Shown here: positions 9,716-17,129 of the stretch, piece after piece | How the letters are laid out: each line of letters opens with the position of its first letter | Numbering within the stretch: position 1 is the first letter of the stretch | From: a virus | Lineage: Duplodnaviria; Caudoviricetes | Length of the DNA: 37,368 bases | IMG/VR virus record: IMGVR_UViG_3300005662_008223 | Span: 1 to 37,368 of that record | Strand: one strand, 5' to 3' | Translations under genes and position numbers: made by a program | The notes under the pieces: model-generated | Told to the model about the DNA's origin: nothing | Database searches by the model: none | The model's input: only the letters and a program-made list of their open reading frames with translations

Positions 9716-9940
9716 ATGCCAAAAAATGCTTACGAAATTCGTTTAGACGTTCTTCAAATGGCTCACACAGATGAAAATATGAGATTCCTCGAAAACCTCA
9801 ATAATCATCGCACGTATGATGCAAGAGGACATATGATTAATCCTTCAGAAGAAGTAATTAATTCTCTTTTTCCGAAGACCTCTGATATCATTAAACGAGC
9901 AGAAGAACTATATGCTTTTGTTGAAGACAAAGGTCTTTAA
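9716..9940 (+). CDS. Small helical phage protein (NAYEIRLDVLQMA...DIIKRAEELYAFV type), function unknown
   Basis: 74-aa ORF with an SD-like GAAAGGA and its own terminator; the motif pair resembles small proteins I recall from environmental T4-like phages. Confidence 0.8.
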   Translation: MPKNAYEIRLDVLQMAHTDENMRFLENLNNHRTYDARGHMINPSEEVINSLFPKTSDIIKRAEELYAFVEDKGL

Positions 9941-9978
9941 TTGAGTCGAACCCTGTCTTGATGTGGAATCAAGACTAC

Positions 9979-10027
9979 AAACTCTCTCTAGGCTACCAAC
10001 TTAGAGAGAGTTTTTTTTTGTTTTTTT
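9979..10027 (+). terminator. Rho-independent terminator
   Basis: Stem AAACTCTCTCTA (9979-9990) / TAGAGAGAGTTT (10002-10013) followed by a long T tract. Confidence 0.9.
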
Positions 10028-10052
10028 GTTGAAAAAAATTATCTATAAAAGA

Positions 10053-10058
10053 TAAATA
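10053..10058 (+). promoter_or_regulatory. Late-promoter-like box TAAATA upstream of hsp20
   Basis: GATAAATAAA directly downstream of the terminator and 5 nt before the left inverted-repeat arm. Confidence 0.6.
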
Positions 10059-10102
10059 AATTCGTAGTGCTCAACAAGACTACAAACAAAAACAACATAT
10101 AA

Positions 10103-10119
10103 CTCGCTTATTAAAGGAG
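10103..10119 (+). promoter_or_regulatory. ROSE-like RNA thermometer hairpin occluding the hsp20 Shine-Dalgarno sequence
   Basis: CUC-G-CUU (10103-10109) pairs with AAGGAG (10114-10119) with G10106 bulged; contains the ROSE consensus U(U/C)GCU; upstream of a small heat-shock gene. Confidence 0.7.
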
Positions 10120-10128
10120 AAAAAACAT

Positions 10129-10623
10129 ATGACAACATTAATAACAGCATCACCAACAACATTAACACCTGGACATTATTCGTCCACAGAGAGAGTACTT
10201 CGCCAGCTACCTGCTCTGTTCAACGACAGCTGGCTTGAAGGAGCGTTTGATAAAATTGATCGAGCGTTCGACGTGCCTGGAGCGGTTTATCCGTACAACG
10301 TCAAGGCCGTAAACGACTCAGCAGGAGAACTCACTGAATATATCATTGAGGTTGCTTTAGCTGGTGTCGGTAAAAATAACATTGATATTAAAGTCCGAGA
10401 AGGATATTTGTATATTGATGTTCTAACGGAACAAGCGGAAGAAGATGAAAGTACTTCTTTCCTTAAAAGAGGCATTAGCAAAAGAAAAGGACAATTGTCT
10501 TTTCTGCTAAATCAAAATGCAAACAAGAAAAAAATTACTTCAAGTTACATTGACGGATTATTGCGAGTAGTCGTTCCTGTAACTAAACCAGAAGTATTAA
10601 ACATTACAGTCAAGGTTGACTGA
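10129..10623 (+). CDS. hsp20: Small heat-shock protein (Hsp20 / alpha-crystallin family)
   Basis: YPYNV, YIIEVALAG, FLKRGISKR, YIDGLLRVVVP; AAGGAG SD. Confidence 0.93.
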   Translation: MTTLITASPTTLTPGHYSSTERVLRQLPALFNDSWLEGAFDKIDRAFDVPGAVYPYNVKAVNDSAGELTEYIIEVALAGVGKNNIDIKVREGYLYIDVLTEQAEEDESTSFLKRGISKRKGQLSFLLNQNANKKKITSSYIDGLLRVVVPVTKPEVLNITVKVD

Positions 10624-10661
10624 ATGAAATAACCCTTGTTGAGCACTACTTCTTTTTTAAG

Positions 10662-12674
10662 TTACCTACTAACCTCTTCCCAATCTACTGATGCAAAAAT
10701 TTCTTGAGCATTAGTGTCGCTAGCAACTACTAAAGTTAGTTCGTATGGCATTTGAGTTAATCCGTTTCTTTCTAGCTGAAATTTAAACAAAGCATCTTTT
10801 AATAAATTAGTTGTAGGAGACCCTTGATTAGAAGAATTTAAAAATCCAGCAGCTACAGTTCTTCCACTACTAAATCCTGTTCCTGTAATGTTATATTCTA
10901 CAGCACTTATATTATCAGCACTTATCCAACTTCCACCGGATGTTACTCCTGAAGCTTTTATTTGCCAATTATAGTTAATTCCGTTTCCTATTCCCATTAT
11001 AGACAACGCAGTAAGAATTACTATAGCATCCAATCTATCAGGAGAAGTTTTTAATCTTAACGAAATTATTGGATAAAATGTGCCAGCTACAGCTAATACT
11101 TTAGGAGTTTGTATAGGTGTTCCTATTGCTTGCTGAAGACCTCTAAGTTCATAGCCTCCTTCAGAAATCACAGTAGAGCAAACTTGCTTCATTACTCTTG
11201 AGCCATTTGTTGCATTTTTATTAGTAATTTCCTGTCTTAATGGTAAAGACGCTGTAGTAATATATGTTGAATCTATTTTATTTGCATGATGAAACGAATG
11301 ACATACGATAAATTGTCCGTTAATAACAAAGCCAATTCTCACTGTTCCCAAACCAAGCCACTCAATATCCATCCAAAGAATTTGTGCCTTTGTGATATCA
11401 AGAGTCAAACCAGATGGTCCTGTTCCGTTTAATTTATCTCCATTCCAAGCAGATAAAGGAACAATAGTTTCAGTCACAGGAAGACCATTAACTAAACTAC
11501 GTTTTACAAAGCTGATTTGACCATCATCTAACTGCAAATAAATTCCATTAGTTTGTCCAAAATAACCAACTCTTTGTCTTAAGTTTACAGCAGAAGGAGC
11601 CATCACAAAAGTAGTCAACACTTCCATCGATTTTCCGGGTTGATAACTAAAAACTTTTGTTGTTTCTCTGATAACTGAAGAGCCAGATAAATTATTTACA
11701 GACATTTCAATCAATCCTTGATTTGAATTAAAAAAAACAGACCCTCCATTTGCTGTTAAAGAAGACCAAAGATTGTTGTCATGATACCTATGCGAAGAAT
11801 CAAATATAGTAAGAGGCTGAGAAATTCTTAAACGTCCGAATGCATCAACGTTTGGTGTATTAGCAAAAGTAATTGGAAAACCAACTAGAGGATCAACAGT
11901 TGCAACTATAGAATTCGTAACATTAACATTTAATGAAGATGTTGCAGGAACTACACTTACGTTATTATCATTGAGATCTTTGATTGCAACGGAGTTAAGT
12001 ATATTAACAGCCGTAACGGGATTAGTCACTTCAACTGCAGTAACAGGGTTTAGTACATATACTGCAGTTAATTGATTTAATGCTGACAGTTGATTTAACA
12101 TGTTTAAACTACTTAACGCGTCATGAGCCTCACTCCACTGAATTGAGTTTCCTTCTAGGGCATATATCGTTCCAGTAGAACGTATATTTCCAGCAACAGT
12201 TAATGCGTCTGTTGGATTTTCTGTATTAATTCCAACAAACTCTGACTGCACAAATAATGTCGTTGGAAGGGTTTCCATACCCATCAAAACATCTCCATGC
12301 AAGGCTGCATTTCCCATTACAGTTAATGCTTCCGCTGGATCCTCTGTATTAATTCCGACTCTATTTTGTTCAACAAATAAAGTAGCGTAATTTTCTTCAG
12401 TTCCAATAGTTACATCACTACTAAGAGTAGTTGTGCCAGAGACTTGAAGATTGCCTGTAATAGTTCCTCCAGACAACGGAAGATATGGCATGTCTAAAAG
12501 CGGGCCACCTAAACCCCAAGAACCGGAATTAGAACTTACTGTCGTATACACGCTTTGCCAGTTTTCTGGATATAAGTTGCCAGCACTAATACTGTTAACA
12601 GTAACGCTATTAAATATGGGATTATCTGTTATATCTAAATCTTGAGGTACTCCAAAAGTAATTCTTGAACTCAT
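10662..12674 (-). CDS. Virion structural / fibre-like protein
   Basis: Two VGINTE(D/N)P...ALTVxGN shaft repeats, TNPVTAV repeats, and a C-terminal domain beginning DAFGRLRISQPLTIFDS of a type seen in environmental phage virion proteins. Confidence 0.65.
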   Translation of the reverse strand: MSSRITFGVPQDLDITDNPIFNSVTVNSISAGNLYPENWQSVYTTVSSNSGSWGLGGPLLDMPYLPLSGGTITGNLQVSGTTTLSSDVTIGTEENYATLFVEQNRVGINTEDPAEALTVMGNAALHGDVLMGMETLPTTLFVQSEFVGINTENPTDALTVAGNIRSTGTIYALEGNSIQWSEAHDALSSLNMLNQLSALNQLTAVYVLNPVTAVEVTNPVTAVNILNSVAIKDLNDNNVSVVPATSSLNVNVTNSIVATVDPLVGFPITFANTPNVDAFGRLRISQPLTIFDSSHRYHDNNLWSSLTANGGSVFFNSNQGLIEMSVNNLSGSSVIRETTKVFSYQPGKSMEVLTTFVMAPSAVNLRQRVGYFGQTNGIYLQLDDGQISFVKRSLVNGLPVTETIVPLSAWNGDKLNGTGPSGLTLDITKAQILWMDIEWLGLGTVRIGFVINGQFIVCHSFHHANKIDSTYITTASLPLRQEITNKNATNGSRVMKQVCSTVISEGGYELRGLQQAIGTPIQTPKVLAVAGTFYPIISLRLKTSPDRLDAIVILTALSIMGIGNGINYNWQIKASGVTSGGSWISADNISAVEYNITGTGFSSGRTVAAGFLNSSNQGSPTTNLLKDALFKFQLERNGLTQMPYELTLVVASDTNAQEIFASVDWEEVSR

Positions 12675-12675
12675 A

Positions 12676-13362
12676 TTAATACTTTGTTAGTAAAGCAGAA
12701 GCAGTTATTTCTTCGCTTAATGTTGAAGTTGAAATTTCATTTGAATTACTAATAACACTTATATCAATAGCACTATTTTTTCGCAAAGGAAGAGCAAACG
12801 CATTTCCGGTTTTTTTAATATATAAGATTGAATTAGAAGAATTATATACAGTGACTAAATTACATTCAAACGATGATAATGGTGTATATATACCTGATAA
12901 AGCAACTACTGGAATGATATTCCAATCTAATGCATTTGAAGAGCCTACATTAGAAACTGGATTTGTTATTTCAACTGCTGTTACTGGATTGGTTTGATGT
13001 ACAAGTAAAGAAGATGTTTCAGCAAAAACAGAAACATTATTTTCGTTTTTGTCTGCTATTGAAATTGTATTGTATTGAGGAGTTAAATTTTGATTTATAA
13101 CTCGGATAGCATTATATGTTCCATCAATGTATGTATATGGAGTTACATCACAAAGTAATCCCGTTTGCCCGGAAATTTTAATGTCTTCGATGGTAATTTG
13201 ACCAGCAGATAAAGAGACAGAAAGATCAGAAAGATTAGTTATATAACTTGCTTGTGCAAATAAAGGACGAGTCGGAACTCCTATATCTACAGGAATCCAG
13301 GAATAGCGAGCAGCTGTTCCAAAATTAACCGGGAATGCACATAATTCGTGAATAAATGTCAT
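12676..13362 (-). CDS. Hypothetical structural protein sharing a repeat module with the downstream 670-aa protein
   Basis: NNVSV..TSSL.V..TNPVTAVE(I/V)TNPV elements shared; TAAGTA box at 13380-13385. Confidence 0.65.
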   Translation of the reverse strand: MTFIHELCAFPVNFGTAARYSWIPVDIGVPTRPLFAQASYITNLSDLSVSLSAGQITIEDIKISGQTGLLCDVTPYTYIDGTYNAIRVINQNLTPQYNTISIADKNENNVSVFAETSSLLVHQTNPVTAVEITNPVSNVGSSNALDWNIIPVVALSGIYTPLSSFECNLVTVYNSSNSILYIKKTGNAFALPLRKNSAIDISVISNSNEISTSTLSEEITASALLTKY

Positions 13363-13393
13363 GATAGTAGCGTTTAAACTACTTATCGTTCAT

Positions 13394-14209
13394 TCATTCA
13401 ATTCTCATGATATATGCTAGTGCATAGAATGGAGGCATATTATTGTGAGGCATACAAGCACTAGTTGCTGTACCACCTTCGTTAGCAACAGTAACAGTAC
13501 CTGCAGGTGTACCTGCAGAATCAGAAGAAGTCTGTTTATTATTATCATCAGTTTCAAATGGATCGTTTACAGCAGTAGCCGTTCCTGATGAAACATATCC
13601 TTCTCGAGACGGATCAGCGCCACCTGGACCATGATATGTATGTTTGTGTCCAGACAACGCAATTCCAGTAAATGTAGCTGTGTGGTTATGCTTCGGCATT
13701 TCAGCTAAAGAAAGCGTGTGGGTTTCAGATCCTCCATTAGCACCTATAGCTCTTGTACCTCCGGATGTTACGCCATTTGGCCTTCCGCCAATTACAAACT
13801 TATCCATTAAGTTTGGTGTTGTTACAGAAACAATAGAGCCACCCATAGTAACACTGTGCACATTGCCGTTACAAAGTGCAAATTTTCTATACCTTCCTAC
13901 ACCTCTGCCAGTTGTAGGATGAAAATCTACAGTAGCTCCTTGTCCCGCATACATTATAATACAATAAAGCGGAACTTGTGTGTCTGCTTCATTATTAGCA
14001 GAAATTTCTATGTTTGTGGTTCTTGTTTCTAAAGGACCGATTTTAGCGATTTCATTAAAAGACGACAAAAGTTTTGTGTTTGTTGCTATTAGCCCAGCAG
14101 TTAGCTCTGCAGATCTTGTATCTAAATTTAAAAAATTAGTATTGATCGTCAGCAAAGAATTGCCAATACATTCAGTTTCTAAAATTTCATTTGTATATTT
14201 TCTTGCCAT
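13394..14209 (-). CDS. Short tail fibre with collar domain (gp10/gp12 collar-like)
   Basis: ECIGNSLLTINTNFLNL anchor; IIMYAG...ALCNG...TPNLMDKFVIG; GGSETHTLSLAEMPKHNH; HNNMPPFYALAYIMRI. Confidence 0.85.
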   Translation of the reverse strand: MARKYTNEILETECIGNSLLTINTNFLNLDTRSAELTAGLIATNTKLLSSFNEIAKIGPLETRTTNIEISANNEADTQVPLYCIIMYAGQGATVDFHPTTGRGVGRYRKFALCNGNVHSVTMGGSIVSVTTPNLMDKFVIGGRPNGVTSGGTRAIGANGGSETHTLSLAEMPKHNHTATFTGIALSGHKHTYHGPGGADPSREGYVSSGTATAVNDPFETDDNNKQTSSDSAGTPAGTVTVANEGGTATSACMPHNNMPPFYALAYIMRIE

Positions 14210-14218
14210 ATTAAAAGA

Positions 14219-17116
14219 TTATGGTGGTAAAGGAGGGTTTATAGTCCAGTTCTTAGCAACAGCGTTGGCTTTTGCTCCTACATAACCAGCAGTTCCAGCT
14301 AATCCTGAAGGTAATGTCCCTGTTCCGAAATTAAGTGCGCCGTTTGTGACTGTCAATTTGGATAACAAATCAACAATCTTTAATGGAGGCAACGCTCCAG
14401 TTCCTCCAGTTCCGTTTATGTTTATAACTTTTAAGTTAGTAAAAGTAGCAGGATTCCAATTCGGTCCACCTCCGTTAGCTGCACTAAACGTCGTCCCACC
14501 AAGATCTAATTGTTCTAATTTGTTACAACCAGTTAAATCTAAATTAACATTTGATAATCCTGAACCAGCAAATTCGGTTAAGTTGGTTTTACCACTAACA
14601 TTTAATGTGGTTATTCCTGTATTGGAAATATCTATCCTTTTTATTGTATTTGCTGCAGGAAGTCCAATAGTTGTTAATGTAGTGTTATCCGAACAATCAA
14701 AATCTTCTAATACAGTACAAGAATTTAAGCCAACTATTGACGTTAAAATATTGAATGAACAATCTAAGGTTACTAAATTAGTAGCACAAGGAGTTACATC
14801 AAAAGTAGTCAGCTTATTGGAACCAACATTCAATGTTTTTATAGAAGAAGAACCTACTAATGATAACGTAGATACACGAGAATGAAGTTCCACTTCTTGT
14901 AAAACCGACATATTTTCTAAAAATACATCGCCGGTTGCTCCAAGACCTGTAATATCTAGTTTAGTTGCAACAGCAAAGACTGCAGCGTTACTTGCATATA
15001 AGGTTTCAGTAGGACCTGAGGTAATTGTTTGAAAGTTGCCAGGAGCATATATGCTAGTTGGCGTTGAAGTTCCCATTTCCGAACTAGTAACAGGATTTGG
15101 AAATACAATAGTTGTTCCAGACCAAATCCTCGTAAAACCAGGAGGAGGAGGCAACGGCGTTGGAGTTGGCGTTGGAGTTGGCATAGGGGTTAAGGTTGGA
15201 GGTGGAGGTAATGCTCCACCTAAACTCCATTCTTTATTTCGTCTTCCGGACACAAGTTTTATAATAAAATATAAAGCATAATAAGGAGGTCTATTTTCAT
15301 GAGCTTTGTCTTGTCCGGTTGGAGCTGTATCTTTTATTCCTGTAGTACTGGAATCGGTTTGAACGTTTTCATCTCCTGATTTTCCGTCTTCATTATGCCA
15401 AGTAGCATCCATTCTTCTTTTTTTTGCACGCTTATAACCGTGGGTATGTCCCTTATCTACGCTGCTAATATTATGAACGTGTTCTGGGAGCTCAGGTATG
15501 CTCAAGTGATGTTTTTCCCAACCTCCTTCAGCGCCCATTGGATATGTAGTTAATGGACCAGAAACTAGATTTGTTTTCCAACCAACACCTGGCCCATTAA
15601 ATTCTGCTGCAACTATAAATTTACTTCTTAAATCAGGAGTTCTAAACGTCTCTGTTACACCATCTACAGTAATACTATAACTATTACCATTGCAAATAGC
15701 CCAACCATCATATTCTTTATCAGCAATGCCTAATCCAGCAGTTGGTCCAGTTGTGTCAAAATAAAAACCAACTGGCCTCGAAGCAACAGTAGAATACCAC
15801 ATAACAATTGTACCCTCTGCAACCGTTCCTATCTTTTTGTCAAACATGTCATAATCGATTTTATCAAATCTAACATGGTTGTTATGCTTTCTGACTAAAA
15901 CTGTTCTCTGATTAGCTGGAATAAAACTTAAAGATTGAGTTCCAGTTCCTATATCAGTTCTTACTAAAGCAGTATCATCATTTGCAGGAACATGTCTTAA
16001 ATGATCATTATCTCTTAATAAAACCGAATTAGTCGGAGCAACAGCGAAGGAAAGGTTTAATGTGTTTGTTCTGATTAAAGCTGAATCCGGTTGTGCTACT
16101 CTCCATTGCATTCTGTCGTCAGGAGAATTAGATACACCAGGACGAATAAATGCACTAAATGGAGCAGCAGAAATAGCTCTCACGTGTTGTTCATCTCTAG
16201 CAATTACGGAGTTTTCTGGAACAGGAGCAAATTGAAGATGCGTATTATCTCTTAGAAATACAGTATCTGTAGCAGCAGGCTTAAAACTTAAATTATCTGT
16301 TACATCACTTCTAAATAATGTTGTATCAGGGTTTGCAACGGAAAACCCGAGAGGCACAGTACCGTTTTCTCTAATGTATGCAGTATAGCCAGGAGCAGTA
16401 ACAAATCTTAAATCTGTTTGGTCTCTCATTAAAACGGAATCTTTTGGAGCATTAACAAAACTTAATGAGTTTGTTGCTGTTCTTATTAAAGCAGAATCAG
16501 TACCAGCAGGAGTCCAAACTAAATCGTCAGTAGGATTGGGTCTTACTAAAGCTGTATAAGGAGCTGCTTGAATGTCCTGAGGATCAGCATTTGGATTCGA
16601 AGTAGCGTTTCCTTTAACAGAATAAGGAGGCATTGCGCTAAGCGTTCTGTTATCAATTTGATCGTCTCCAATTACATCATTTTGAATAGTTTTTAATTCT
16701 AATCTGTCGCTTTGTATTGTTCTTAATGCTATTTGGCAGTTTATTACTTTATCAAAAGCTAAAGGAGCAGTAACTCCATTATAGCGGCCAAGCACAGAAC
16801 ATTCACCTGCAGGAATGTTTGTTGGAGTATTAGCAAACATTTGCGGATTACCTTTTACGGTAAAAGGAGGCATTGCTGAAAGCATTGCATCAGTAAGATG
16901 GCCATTTTCTCTTACATCTGCTGATAATATTCTAGTAATTGGATCATAACTTATGTCAATTGTATCGCTGTCATAAGGTATAATTGAAACAGAAGATAAT
17001 TCACAAACCGCTCTAGAGAGATTCTCAAAGTTTTTATTAATTTTTGGAAGAGAAGCTCCAATACATTCTCGTGGATCAATCGAGAGTGTAAACATGTTTG
17101 TAGTACAAATTGGCAT
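14219..17116 (-). CDS. Long tail fibre: anchor, repeat shaft, collar domain, Pro/Thr linker, C-terminal leucine-rich repeats
   Basis: ECIGASLPKINKNFENL; twelve ~19-aa repeats; GWAICNG...TPDLRSKFIV...HENRPPYYALYFIIKL; PTPTPTP linker; LxxLDCSxNxLT-type repeats. Confidence 0.85.
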   Translation of the reverse strand: MPICTTNMFTLSIDPRECIGASLPKINKNFENLSRAVCELSSVSIIPYDSDTIDISYDPITRILSADVRENGHLTDAMLSAMPPFTVKGNPQMFANTPTNIPAGECSVLGRYNGVTAPLAFDKVINCQIALRTIQSDRLELKTIQNDVIGDDQIDNRTLSAMPPYSVKGNATSNPNADPQDIQAAPYTALVRPNPTDDLVWTPAGTDSALIRTATNSLSFVNAPKDSVLMRDQTDLRFVTAPGYTAYIRENGTVPLGFSVANPDTTLFRSDVTDNLSFKPAATDTVFLRDNTHLQFAPVPENSVIARDEQHVRAISAAPFSAFIRPGVSNSPDDRMQWRVAQPDSALIRTNTLNLSFAVAPTNSVLLRDNDHLRHVPANDDTALVRTDIGTGTQSLSFIPANQRTVLVRKHNNHVRFDKIDYDMFDKKIGTVAEGTIVMWYSTVASRPVGFYFDTTGPTAGLGIADKEYDGWAICNGNSYSITVDGVTETFRTPDLRSKFIVAAEFNGPGVGWKTNLVSGPLTTYPMGAEGGWEKHHLSIPELPEHVHNISSVDKGHTHGYKRAKKRRMDATWHNEDGKSGDENVQTDSSTTGIKDTAPTGQDKAHENRPPYYALYFIIKLVSGRRNKEWSLGGALPPPPTLTPMPTPTPTPTPLPPPPGFTRIWSGTTIVFPNPVTSSEMGTSTPTSIYAPGNFQTITSGPTETLYASNAAVFAVATKLDITGLGATGDVFLENMSVLQEVELHSRVSTLSLVGSSSIKTLNVGSNKLTTFDVTPCATNLVTLDCSFNILTSIVGLNSCTVLEDFDCSDNTTLTTIGLPAANTIKRIDISNTGITTLNVSGKTNLTEFAGSGLSNVNLDLTGCNKLEQLDLGGTTFSAANGGGPNWNPATFTNLKVININGTGGTGALPPLKIVDLLSKLTVTNGALNFGTGTLPSGLAGTAGYVGAKANAVAKNWTINPPLPP

Positions 17117-17129
17117 ATTGTTTTATTTA

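Larger units (their letters stand above)
10064..10649. repeat. Perfect 15-bp inverted repeat bracketing hsp20
   Basis: GTAGTGCTCAACAAG (10064-10078) is the exact reverse complement of CTTGTTGAGCACTAC (10635-10649). Confidence 0.95.

Noticed and set aside
13644-15281. Plus-strand ORFs 13644..13922, 13980..14285, 14346..14885, 15036..15281
   Set aside because: Antisense shadows of well-supported fibre genes; no recognisable motifs.
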